From Octopus sinensis (Eukaryota): 64,000 nt of DNA. Every line of letters begins with the position of its first letter. Position 1 is the first letter of the stretch. The stretch is from positions 1 to 64,000 of the forward strand of contig NW_021825821.1 of the NCBI RefSeq assembly GCF_006345805.1. The letters are read 5' to 3'. The position numbers were made by a program, and so were the translations under genes. This document shows positions 1-15,796 of the stretch, one piece after another. Below the pieces are notes generated by a model. The model worked only from the letters and a program-made list of their open reading frames with translations. It was not told the DNA's origin and made no database searches.

Positions 1-293
1 CATAAAAAATAGTATAGTTCTTTAACGGTTAGACACCAGGTCTCCGCGTTCGACAGAGGAGTTGTACAATCAAATTCGAAGACGGGTTCCTAATTCACTT
101 ACGTCTCATTCAGATTGTCTACATTTTTTATTTCACAAATAAAATGCAATAATTAATTGTTAAAATCAATGAAAAGACGTTGAAGTTCATCTAAGTCGAC
201 CCCTTCAATCAAATTAGGAATCCCCAGTTTACGTGTTAAAAGCTTTTTATTCTTTTCGACCAAACTTGCGATTTCATCAGTTTCACTAACCAT
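1..293 (-). other. Possible 5' part of an unidentified gene running off the window start
   Basis: Open stretches MVSETDEIASLVEKNKKLLTRKLGIPNLIEG... and EPVFEFDCTTPLSNAETWCLTVKELYYFL. I found no convincing splice model joining them and no recognised family. Confidence 0.25.
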
Positions 294-371
294 ACAAAAT
301 CAAGACTTGCAACCACAATAAGAAAATTCAAATAATGATAAAAAGTCGATTGAAAAAACTAATAAATTATA

Positions 372-4031
<3,660 letters not shown>

Positions 4032-4306
4032 TATAATCCAACAGAGTAACTCTACAAAATTGTAAATTTTACAATTTTCAATAACATTTTTAATTAGAAA
4101 AATATTCAAAAATAATAAATTAATACAATCCTATTTTTATACTAAATTTTTTTCTACTTTCTTATTTTAGGTCATGTTTAGTGCTGTCAATCAAAAGAAA
4201 TTTAAGTATTTAGAAATGTTGCAATTAATAATAAAGATGATTTTACAAATTAAAAAATGATTTTTTTGATATTCAATAATATTTCCAAGACACTAACAGT
4301 TGCTTT

Positions 4307-5070
4307 ATGATTGAAAACGAATTTGACGATTTTATAAGCAAAGTGGACAATATTTGTATATAAATAATCCATAAATTAGCCAAATTAATAAAAGAAATGA
4401 ACTCGTCTGATCAGGAAATTCAAAATAAGGCTCTAAAGGCAGCGGACGACTATTGCTGCACAAACAGTAGACTAAATTAAAATATCATCTTGTTAGAACC
4501 CAACGGAGTCGACAAAACAATTTTTAATACAAAAGAAGTAACAAAAAATTCGGAATTTGGTAAAATTAAAAAATTTTATTAAACAAAGACACGTTCAAGT
4601 CACTAATTGAACAAGACGCAAAACAAAGAAGCCTGGATCGTCAAAAGAGATACGAAGAAGCAAATCAACTCAAAGAAAAAGGCACTGAACACTATAAAAA
4701 CCAAAAATATGATTTATCGTGCGAATATTTTACAAAAGTTGCGCTTTTGGTTGATTGAGAACAGGCAATTGCCAAGGCAAAGGATTATTCCCAAGTGTAT
4801 GGACTGCGTGCACAAGTCTACCTGATACTTAAACAATATAAAAATGCTTTAAAAGACTGTGAAACATGCTTTCAAGTTTTGCGAAATTACTCACCATAGT
4901 TAGAAGACTGGAATAAAAAAGTATGCGTTAGAAAGCTGAAATGTCTGCTGGCTCTACGGGAAAACGAAGAAGCTGCTGAATTTTTGCATATCTGCGTGAA
5001 CAAATATCCCGATTATAAGGAAATTTTTAATCTTAAATACGACCAATTTCGGAACACTCTTAACAAATAA
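4307..5070 (+). CDS. TTC12: TTC12-like TPR protein, short form without the ARM region (copy 1)
   Basis: Spliced translation MIENEFDDFISKVDNISKLIKEMNSSDQEIQNKA...ANQLKEKGTEHYKNQKYDLSCEYFTK|AIAKAKDYSQVYGLRAQVYL matches the TTC12 N-terminus and TPRs. Introns of 24-27 nt; stop TAA at 5068-5070. Confidence 0.8.
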
Positions 5071-5201
5071 TTTAAAATTTTCTCTTAATTAATAAAATTA
5101 AAAATGATATAAGTTTAAAATAATAGCAATAATATAAATGTTTAAAATATTTGGACATAACGTGGCAGCTATATTGTCTTTAGTGCAGTTTACAATAACA
5201 A

Positions 5202-7409
5202 ATGCAAACTACAATATTCAAAGAACTAACTTATTACAATTTATCTACAGTAAAAGCACTCCCTGATGTACTTTGAATATAATAATAATCACAGTGGCTC
5301 CCCGACAGGCAACGAAGGAGGCTGAACAGAGACAACGCAGGTTTTGAAAATAATATTAACGTAAAGACATTCGAGAACGGATACAACTCGTGCAAGATCT
5401 GAATATGCCTTCAACTTGCCACAACCTGGTGATTACCCCCGACAATTCATATTTGTGGGCCACTGGTTTGTTCTGCTATAATATTCCAGGCAGTTATAAA
5501 CCTGTGGTTAAGTGTTTTGACCTGAAAGGAATGGTTCTTAAATTTGAGCGTGGAGTCGACCACGTAGTCAAACGTGTGTGCTCCCTTTCAGACGACTACT
5601 CAAAAGTGCTGGTTATTTTACGCATTTCAGCCTGCCTTTTTGATGGCTGATCGTTTTGTTGAATTCCACAACAGCAATGGTCTTCACTATCGGCTGAGGA
5701 CTCCACGGCAAGGATATGACCTGTCTTTTTATCAGCGGGGAGGAGAACTGTACATACCCTCGGGGTCTCCTCAAATTTATCGTGTCAATCTCCATTTGGG
5801 AAGATTTATGACACCCTTGGAGACTTCTGCTCGGTATTTAAATTTTTATTAACTAATTTATAAAATAGTTATGTTAATTGTTCTGACATATCTCCCCACC
5901 ACAATCTTCTACTTTGTGCCACTGTGGATGGATTCGTGGAAGCATGCGATCCCAGAAGTGCGAAATTCGTAAGCAGACTAAACATCAAGGAGGGACTGTC
6001 TCTAACAACAGTAAAATGGCTCGACGAACTACATTTTGGCGTCGGAACTTCTTCTGGCCTTGTACAGATTAGATTTGATGTACTTTAGGTTTATCTGTAT
6101 GACGTAAGGTCGAGTGTGCCCGTCCAGGTGAAGGACCACCATTATGGGCATTCCATAGTCAGTATGTCGTACCATTCTCAACAACGACTTGTTTTCTCTA
6201 TGGATTCCAAATCTTTGAGAGTTTGGAACGAAATTGGAGTATGTGATTTTTTTAAACTGTGTAGGGGGATACTGTCTGTAATATCGAGGGGGATGTTCCT
6301 TACAATTGTTTTTGTCGGTATCCAGACTCCGGACTTGTTTTGATTGGGTCAGACCAACCTGATATAGAGACGATATTCGTTCCTGTTTTTTGTTTCTCAT
6401 TTAATTCTGAATTAGTCATTCGGGACAGCTCCAAAGTGGTGTTCTTATCTCGACCAAGTCGTAGACACCATTGAAGCTTCCAACAAGGAAAATTCGAGTA
6501 ATTCTTTATTATTAATGGCTAGTCTACGACGACTATAAATTCATGACGAGGAACGATCTCGATTCTGCTGGACTCGGTCATCTCATCGGGACTCGGTATT
6601 TGCGTGCGTACATGCATGGGTTCTTCATCACGACCAAGCTATACGAGAAGGTAGTCTATTCGCGATATTAAAGTTGTCCAAAATTTCCGATGTTGAACCA
6701 GAGTCTCCTCCTTCAGAAGAAATCGTTGAACCAGTCCCACAAAAGCCCCTTTCAAAGGAATCATTTGTCCTCGTGAACAGTCACATTGCAGAGAGAATTG
6801 AGAATGTTGACATTGACGAGTCTAATCGCGTTTGTTCTCAGTATTTGACTAATTTAGTTATTACGTGTATATAAAGACGAACGTTTCTCTTCTCTGTTCA
6901 CCGACCCAGATATGAAAATCGAAAGAGAAAACCCCGATTACGTCATGCATGAAAAGTTGTACTCTAAAGTGTTCAAAATTTCTCAAGTTTTATTTTTTAT
7001 AACCTTAGGATGACCCTGGTGACCGTTTAATGGAGAAGGACGACAGGAATCAACGGTATCATGAGACTTTGAACAGGATGAAGTCAGGAGTTGTTGACCA
7101 CGTCGAGTCACAGTCAAAGTCGTTGATTGTCTGCACTTCTGCACATCTTGATGACGTCTCAGCTGAGAATGCACTAACCTCAAAAGAGTGTGGATATTTT
7201 TTAATGTTTGTAGGCAAGCTATATCCAAGAGGCTCGCAATTTCAAAGCCTGGTGTTTCCCGTGTCAATGGAGGCTTAGCTAAAACATTCAGACCACTAGC
7301 CTCCGTAATATTAAGCTTATTGCTCGCGACGTCATGCACTGTCCTCCAGTTTATAAATTTACAATCATTTCGTCCTGGACTATTCCTTGCTCTGCATTGC
7401 CTGTTCTAA
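5202..7409 (+). CDS. NOL10: Nucleolar protein 10 (copy 1); native C-terminus replaced after 7297
   Basis: MQTTIFKELTYYNLSTVKALPD|WLPDRQRRRLNRDNA|DIRERIQLVQDLNMPSTC; also VKDHHYG, LGPAPKWCSYLDQV and LRAYMHGFF. The read-through past the duplication breakpoint ends at 7409. Confidence 0.85.
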
Positions 7410-7852
7410 CTTATAAGTTTGTCCTTTTGGTTGCTCATTGAAATAGGAAGCGGTTGCCAAACGGTCATGTTGAACAAGGCAAACGCATCAAACGGGCTCG
7501 ATTTTATAATTCCTTTGTTCGTTGATTTGTCTCAATTTTTTTCAAAATTAGATTAAGTAGTTGTTAGTTATTATTTCCTTTGCCGACCAAATTATGGAAT
7601 GCTTGAAGTTAGTAAAGATCAATAAATGATGTGCATTAATTAATGAATTGAGTTGCTTGTGGTCGTTTTATATTCATCGGTTTTTTCAAGATTAGAAATA
7701 ATAATTATTAGTCATAGTTGCTACATTCAACTTAGTGATCTTTTTGCATGTGTTTTTATTACCGACTTAGCATGGTTGACAAAATTGTTAGACAGTCTTG
7801 CAACAATAGTAACTGAATATTGTACAGTTATTCAAACCTTGTTAATCTAAAA

Positions 7853-8374
7853 CAGTGATTCTCAAGCTTCTTTACTCAGGGGCCGCAAATTAAAAAAAAT
7901 TACAGGGGCCGCAAATAATTTTTAACAAACATTCCGATGCAAATATTTCGATTGCCGTTTTATATAATTCGCCATCAGAATAAGGCTTCATATTTTTAGC
8001 CAATAGGTAACTAATTTTGTATGATGCCAGGTTAGTATTAGACGAATATGTGCCACTTTAAAAGTGGATCATCGCTTTAAATAATCTTCTTTCATTTGTT
8101 TTAGTTTTTTCGTCCGAGAAACACCACTAAATTTGTCATAAAGAATAGAGTGGGAACGGTAGTGCCGTTCGATTGTATACGTTTTTAAAGTTACAATAAT
8201 AGAATTGCATATTAGGTAACAAGCCTTTCCATTGATTTTAATAATGAAATATTTTTCTTCCCAGCTGTGTTGAAAAATCCTATTTTCCTCGGAAATTTTC
8301 CGAAAACGTTTAGAATTCGACATCACAACAACAAATAAAAAATAAATCCTAGGGGCCGCAGTTGAGAATCACTG
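7853..8374 (-). mobile_element. Non-autonomous hAT (Buster/SPIN-like) internal-deletion derivative
   Basis: 13-bp TIRs CAGTGATTCTCAA / TTGAGAATCACTG. 8-bp TSD ATCTAAAA / ATCTAAGA. The ORF at 8069-8326 resembles a SPIN/GTF2IRD2 transposase N-terminus (ENRIFQHSWEEKYF...LIC...RHY). Confidence 0.88.
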
Positions 8375-9801
8375 ATCTAAGAGAAGGGCATGTCCCATAA
8401 TCTTTTTGAATGTGAGCCTTTTAAGTCATCAAAAATAGAATACAATGCCTTCAACATTTAATCATATTAACATCTAAAAAGGACCAACAATTATACAATA
8501 TCCCCGTCCATTTCATTTCCAATTTTATTCAAAAAATTTTTTGTAACAGCATATTTGGAAAAATATCAACAACTGAAAACAACCAAAAAAATGATTATTT
8601 TGATAACATAAAAACTTTCAGACCTGGATTTTTGTTAAGGATTATGAAGAGTAAAACTTACCGAAATTCGTCTCTTAGACATGAAAAAAATTTTCATTTT
8701 TATTGGCGGAAAAATATGTGTGGGAAATACTAGTCGACTTCACAAGCTTGTTATTGCATTAAAAAGCACGAAGAGACATGCCCTTCTGGAGAGCCATCCA
8801 GAACTCTCTTCCACATCGGACAAAACCTCCATTGCTATGGTCTGGGATCACTTAGTTAGCTAGGATTTTTCTCTTTTTTTCTTTATAACCCGGTGATTTT
8901 GGGATAACAATAAATATAGCACGAAGAAATGAAAATTATTTCTAAAAATCTATCAAAAAACGATTGTGGACAAAATGCTTTAGATGCAGTTGGCAGAGGA
9001 GAGTTTATGTAATCAAGCGAAAGTGAACTATCATCAAGCGAGTTTATCCAAAATCATGAGCTTAAATTTAAATAATAAATAAAACAAATGAGAAAGTCTG
9101 TTTTTATACAATAAAACGCCTCACTTATCCATTGATAAATTGTTTGTTTTATTTTTTTGTTGACGTTATTCCGTTTGAGAGATATCGAGTAATTCTTAGA
9201 TTCAATAATGTTGCACAAAATACGGAAGTAGACGCAGCAGAAGTTCAATACAATCTCGAAACATGAAATTTTAGTTTTATTTCCCAAAAGTTAATTTGGA
9301 TTCTCTGTATTATGGAACAGAAAGATGGGAGTGAATAGATCAAAATATGAAATAAACATTGAAAATATTTTATTTATTTTATAATTAGCTAGAAGGTTTG
9401 TATTCAGAAAGATTATGAAACGAATCCTCTCCTTATTTACTAAAGTTTCAACAACCATACCGAAAAAATCTAACTACTGTTAAAAATAGTTAAAAGTGAT
9501 TAATTTGTCAGTATTTTTCTATTAAACAATCGTTAATTTTTGAATTAACATTGATGATAGCTGTCATGGTTTTACTCTCGGCGCGAATTCAATAGCGTTT
9601 CGCAACATATCATTAACAATATTTTGTTACTTTTATTGTTTAGTCTCATTTTAAGTATACAGATTGGAATATTTTCGTCTATTTACAGTCTCTTTTAGTG
9701 TTGCTCTTAAACTTTTAATTTGTACTTGTAGTATTATTAGATAATGCCTCCAAAAAAATCAATGTGGGAATATATATAAGCAATTAGTAGTACAACTGCA
9801 A

Positions 9802-11092
9802 ATGGGTTGGACTAAGTGCTTAATGATGGTTTGATCATATTATTTTATTTTCGAGATTCTCGTGGCGGGTCTCATGACAGCAAACATTAACATATTTTGC
9901 ATTTACAACAATTGGGTTCAGGATAGGCCAGGGAGAGCAAAATTTGTCCCAGAAAACATAGATCCATTGCTATGCACACACATAATTTACCAACACGCAA
10001 TTATCGAGAATTATACCATCTCCCCCTCTCGAGATAACGATGAGTCTACCGATTCTGGTTGTGCCTTCAACAGACACTCGCAGTTAAGGGAATGTACGAA
10101 CGAGTTCTGGACTTGAAATTGATAAATAAGGACCTTAAGGTCATTTTATCTATCGGTGGGTGTGGGGAAAAGAGCAACGGTTATTCCAAAGTCGTCAAGA
10201 ATTTATCGACTACGGAGTCATTCGTGCAGGAAGCGTTACTGTATCTTGACAAACATAATTTCGATGGCATTAATATAGACTGGGAGTATCCTTCATCCAA
10301 ACTTGCTTTTCTTACTTTAATTAGAGTAATCAATACGTCCACACTTTTAGACGTTGAGAAATAAAATTCAAATACTTGGCAAGAAAACGATACTTAGCGC
10401 CTCCCTAGCAGGGTATTTTGAAATTTTACAAAAATCGTATGATTTGTCCAACCTAAATAAGTACAATCATGTTGACATGCCTGTAGATACCTCGACTTTA
10501 TCAATCTGCTCACGCACGATTTTTATAACGTCTCGTCCAATAAAACGCACTTGCACAGTCCGTTGTATTCGAATTGGCTACACAATCAGGTCTTTTGTTC
10601 ATTTCACGGCAGAGGATTCCCGCACATTACTTGAAATACCAGATGATTCCCGCTGACAAAATTAATGTGGGAATTTCATTTTTTGGACGGACATTCACGT
10701 TGTTGAATATTAATCATGCGGGTGTCGATGCACCAACAATAGGAGAAGGGCGGTTTGGTAAATACACTCTCGTTCCTGGATATTTGTCCTACTTCGAGGT
10801 CAGTCGTTCTGTGACGTCACAGATTTGCACTAAAAGTTTGTCAACTTCCTACGACACGAGTGGTAAATCGGCATTTGGAGTGGAGGGACACCAGTGGGTC
10901 AGTTATGATGACCCGACTACTCTCCGAACGAAAGTATACTCACTCTCCAGATAGTAGATAAATTTCATAAAGGACAACAAGTTTGGAATTTTTGTGCATG
11001 CACTCGATTCTGATGATTTTAGTGGGCACTTTTGTGGGGAGGGCAAATACCCACTTCTCAATTCGATATTTCAGAGCATTAATCAAGTATAG
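9802..11092 (+). CDS. Secreted GH18 chitinase-like protein without a CBM14 domain
   Basis: Signal-like MGWTKCLMM|ILVAGLMTA; CIYNNWVQDRPGRAKFVPENIDPLLCTHIIY; KVILSIGG; FDGINIDWEYP; QWVSYDDPTTLRTK; ALDSDDFSGHFCGEGKYPLL. Confidence 0.9.
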
Positions 11093-11966
11093 TCAATTAA
11101 TTCCTTATTATTTAATTCCTTTTCCACCTAAGTAAAATATGAATCTTTAAATAACCGCCATTCCCTCAAATCGAACTGTCTGAAATAAGCTTTAAGATCA
11201 ACTGCGCTGATGACGAGTGGAATGCTCACCATAACCTAAAAAACGTTCATTGAGGCAAGAATAATGAGGAATATAATTGTCGCGTGTTGAAAGGATCGGA
11301 AAGGCGTAGAGTAGTTGTGCATGAGAGGGACGTTGTAGAGGTGCAAAATAAGCCGAGGAAACAACAAAATCCTAAAAAATCTTTAGAGTTATGTTAAATA
11401 GTTACCAAAAAATGAGAAATGGTGAATAGCAAATTTTGTTGAAAATATAGAGCAAGACCAACGTGCAAAGCACAATTATCTAGTATAGATAAATATGACA
11501 ATGTTTGGTGAGATTATGCAAAATAGACGTTGAGTCGTGCATAAAGAGAAGCACCATTTCAACCAAATGGGTTCTAGTCTATATATCTACCAAAAACTGA
11601 ATCAAGTCGGAAATATAGAGCAAGGCCAACGTGCAAAAGTGGTGGAAAATTAAAATGTAGCAATCAGAAATAATAGTCTTAAAAACACGCCTGTACAACA
11701 GGAATTCAGACAAAAGGAAAGATAAATTCCCCACATGTCATGTCAGTTTGACATTGTACAGCAGTTCCCTGCAGGGTTGTGGGTCTTTGATAATAGATTA
11801 TTATTATTTGATGATAGATTGCATTCAGCTTAGGGAACTAAACGACAGATTCATCAAAATAGTATTTTTGTTTGAATTTGTATTAAAGCCATCAAACGAT
11901 TATGTGAACATAATAAGATATTTGTTAATTTGTTAGTCTAAACTAACGGTGCTCACGCCTTAATTA

Positions 11967-13847
11967 TTACTTTTTGAATATAGGATGCTTTTTCCTACCA
12001 CTAACACAATCTATCACAACCTTTCCCTTTTTGTTTATGAGTGCAGTCACCACTTTATTTCCCATCCCAAGTCTCTGTCGATTTTTCCAAACCAAATCTC
12101 CGTCTCTCAAGGGACCGGACCCCTCAGCCCAAATATTGATCGATTGTCCCGCAACCAATTCGTAATATGGAAAGGTGAAAGTGTAGTTTTCCACATTATC
12201 AATCTTCTGAACAATTTGCCACCCTTCCAGGTTTTCATCCTGGATCTTATTAAAGCTTAAACTTTGTATTCGTTCGTGTTTTCGATGCTGATGAATAATC
12301 CCTCGGAATTCACATCGACTATTGAAATCGGACCTTTTTCATTCCTCTGGTAGCTGATTTGTCTTTCGAGAACATTTTGCGAATTAGAATAAGTGGCGTT
12401 CTCTATAAACTGTTGGTTGAAATTCTCTAGAGAAGCTGGAAATCCAAAACAACAGAAAACCTTCTATATTTGCTGCCTTGACGTTTTCATTCGTATTTTC
12501 CGATATTATTTTCTGGATTCCAAATCTACGTGACTATACCGTTCCAACCTGCCTTCCTCCGATTCGAGGAGTTTCCTATAGGACATTATTTCCATCTGCA
12601 GCGACACGTTGTCATCCACAATCGCTTGTACCTCTGCCAACTTATCCTGAAGAGTCCTTTGAATTTCTATTAGTTCGTTATCCTTTTCGGCAGAGATTTG
12701 AGCCATCCCCATTTTCAATTCGAGTATGTTTTTTCTTAACTTCTCGTTTTTTTCTCTCAAAATGTCGTTCTGCAGGCTAAGTCTTATCGAACCTAACCTT
12801 CTGTGTCAATTCGGAAGTCTGATTTTTAACTTCCATATTTGTGTCGTTTATACCATCAAGCTGTCCTATCATTCCGGGAGATATGTTGGAACTTTGGAGG
12901 CAAGCGGACTGCATCTCATCGACCTGGTGTGCAAGTTATTCCCAACCTTGCAGTCATACAAACACTCCATTTCAAGACGAATGCTTTCGAGTCTATTTTC
13001 GTACTCAGATTGAATTTCCTTAATACAGTTCGAGAATTCCACGTTCCACCATTCTTTGGATTGCGCGAATTGGTCGTCATTTGCGAGAGCTCGCAGATCT
13101 TTCAATTCCTGCTTTCTTGAGAAACATTTGCCTACCTGCTCGTGAATGTCTTTGGAAAATTCGAGCTGCTCATTCAATGACTGACATTTGTTTTGAATGT
13201 CATTGCGAATCAGGCCTTCTCTCATCAGGTCCTATCTTGGTCATACACTACTCATTCACATTTCTAGCTGTGACTAAGTCTTGGTCAAATTTGGCAATTA
13301 ATTCCATGTCTTTTATTTGCTCGGATTTAATTAAACTGAGTTTCTTTTCTGCGTTTTCTATCTTTTGAACAGTCGATTGGATGAGGTCGTCTAACTTGAG
13401 ACTTTGCGCAACATTTTTTTCCTCCAAAATCTCGAGTTTGCCAATTCTGATAAATGAATGTTGGGTACCTATTTCGCAATTCATCACATTCAGTTTCATT
13501 CTGTGCCATTCTCGATTTATATTCATTTTTCTCTCGTTCTGTGTTGTCCAGGATGTCTCTCAGCTGACCTATCTCCGCGTCGTACATTTCTCTTATCGAC
13601 GTGGTTTCTCTTCGAATGGAGTTCTTTAACGTCTCCAATTCTTCTATTAACTGACTGGTCGTTGAATATTTCTCGCGTGATACGTCCATGTATTCAGAGA
13701 GGCGGGTGTTGAGGTCTTGCATTTCGAATGCTTCTTTTATTCTTGTGTCTTTCAGATATTCGACATCTGAACAGACGTTTTAAAATTAATTGAACCTATA
13801 ATGGTGTTTCCGAGAGTCTTTAGTGTAAATGTCGCTTCTCTTCTCAT
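11967..13847 (-). CDS. Cytoplasmic intermediate filament protein (protostome type with lamin-tail domain)
   Basis: Coil 1A EMQDLNTRLSEYM; rod end LQMEIMSYRKLLESEEGR; linker FGIQKIISE...SYQRNEKGPISIVDVNSEG; tail domain WQIVQKID...FTFP...INIWA. No CaaX box. Confidence 0.88.
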
Positions 13848-14486
13848 TTAGTAATCCTGCGCCATTCACTGCTTTATAATGCGAAAAAACGCCGAATAGC
13901 CACGCACTTATTTTCGTGCACCTAAATCTCAAAGACAATATCGATATTCGACAGGCAAAATGGTCATATCCCCATCATTTCAATAAAATCCAAAACCATA
14001 TTCAAAGCTCTACATATACCATGGGCAATAAAAAAATAACAATGGATTTTGTGGGAAACATTTTTAAATGAAATTCTTCATCGATTAAGCCAATAAAATT
14101 TCGACAAGTAAAAAAATCGTTGAGTTTAATTTAAGTTAATTTTGATTTTTAAATTAATTCTGGTTCTTCACTATTATGGAATCTCTTTCTATAAAGTTGA
14201 AACTGACCTTGCAGTGAGTTGGCAAAAAACGCAATGCCTAAAATTGAAAGTCACATTTTCCTAAAAATTTTAGTGACTTGATTCAAAAAAATGAATTCAG
14301 GTCATGAAAATTTATTTCAAAATTATTTTATCTGTTTAGTACAATACTGAATTAATATAAGCTTAGACTAGTTAGAATCTAACTGTTAGATTGTATAGAA
14401 AAGAGGAATGTAACCGGACATATTAATAAATTTAATATCTTTATTTTGAATAAATGCTATTTTTGAGTGGAAGTTAATTTATGGCT

Positions 14487-15635
14487 TTAATTGTCGAGTG
14501 CGGTTTTCAATCTTAATACTTTAAAAAGAAAACCTTTTTTCACTGGAATCGACATAAACCGACATTTCCTCAATTATACTTGGACTGATGAACTGCTAAA
14601 ATATAAAATTGTATTAAAATATATAAATTAATTAAATAACCTGCACGACTGGCACTTGTCGGTCGCAAGCTTCCTAAACTGAGTATAAATTATGCGCACC
14701 TTTGCTGCCAAGAAAAATTTTTTGAACTCTTGTTGGTTTTCAGCAAAGACAGAGAACATTTGAAAGATACTCTTGGCTGTTTCCTGTTCGCACGTATAGA
14801 ATTCTTCTGAAAAAATAACAAGGACTGAGGACGCAATATAATGTCGAGCGTATGCCCATATGAGTTGTACACGCCAGTGGCGTCGACAAGAAGAAGGTCG
14901 AAAATTCTCCATAATAGTCGCGAGGAAAAGGAATATTGGTGTAACTGATTAGTAAATCGAGTTACCTTGACTTTGAAAATTCCGCAGGCCAATTGCCCCA
15001 GATAGTGGCATAGTTCTAAATGCTGCAACAATACAGACCACAATATAATTACTTGTGATGTGCTCTTGGTGATGTTAGACCGGAATCTGGAATTGATTTG
15101 GGCATTTATACATCTACTTGGTGTATGTGGGATCCTCCTGCAGTCGATCCACGACCCTCAACCTCTTCTTCAAATACGCCGCGTATGCTCTGAATGCACT
15201 ACGAATGTTATGACCTACCAACGTGGGTCCTCAAATATACCCATCCCAGTGTCGAATGCTGTCATATTGTCCAGTATGTGCGAGTTGTGAGCAACATTGA
15301 GAGTGAACCCCTAACAGATTAACCGTTCTTAAAACTGGGTAGCCATATATAGTGAGGTAGTGAAGAGTAATTAGACTTTTAACGACTACAATCATATTTG
15401 AACTGTGCAGACGGTTAGAAATAGAGGTAAGAAATGATTCGATTTGTTGAACTTTCATATCCTGAGAATGCTCCTCTAACCCTACTAGGTTTTCTATTTT
15501 TAAAACACCTTTTAAATGCTTATTTTTGGGGGGAAGTTTCTCTTCAGTCGTAGCTTTATAAATTAGAAAAGAAATTTCATTTCTCCTATGAAGAACGGAA
15601 TTCATGCGGTCATTAATTGATTGCCCTCCTAGCAT
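14487..15635 (-). CDS. PICALM: ANTH-domain clathrin adaptor (PICALM/AP180-like) ending just after the ANTH domain
   Basis: MLGGQSINDRM...KATTEEKLPPKNKHL; VVVKSLITLHYLTIYG; spliced C-terminus FLAAK|EACDRQVPVVQ|QFISPSIIEEMSVYV...RLKTALDN*. Confidence 0.8.
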
Positions 15636-15796
15636 TCTCCGCCTTATTGTTTATGGATGTTCTTTTTAAATTACTGATATTTTATTCAATATTTTCAAAT
15701 ATAAAATCACATAAACGTATAAATAATATTATTTTAAAGCTGCTCTGAGCATTATTTTGATTATTTTTAATTTCATAAATTAAAGTACCTTTTTTT

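Noticed and set aside
60-160. In-frame TAA/TAG between open stretches, suggesting stop-codon reassignment
   Set aside because: In the well-conserved genes the in-frame stops fall inside GT-AG introns, and TAA, TAG and TGA all end proteins at expected positions.
8700-8870. TAAGTGATCCC segment shared with ~57990, considered as a box C/D snoRNA
   Set aside because: There is no consistent box C/D pair with a terminal stem; both segments more likely are decayed retroelement coding sequence.
12478-13712. Numerous plus-strand ORFs of 60-100 aa in the supplied track (similar cases overlap other genes and LINEs)
   Set aside because: They are antisense or off-frame shadows of recognised coding sequence with no independent support.
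11967-13847. Nuclear lamin
   Set aside because: There is no CaaX box and no clear NLS between rod and tail, and the linker matches cytoplasmic filaments.
13913-13927. 15-mer TTCGTGCACCTAAAT shared with 43051-43065, upstream of two genes
   Set aside because: A rough estimate expects several exact 15-mer matches by chance in 64 kb of this composition, and the orientation relative to the two genes differs.
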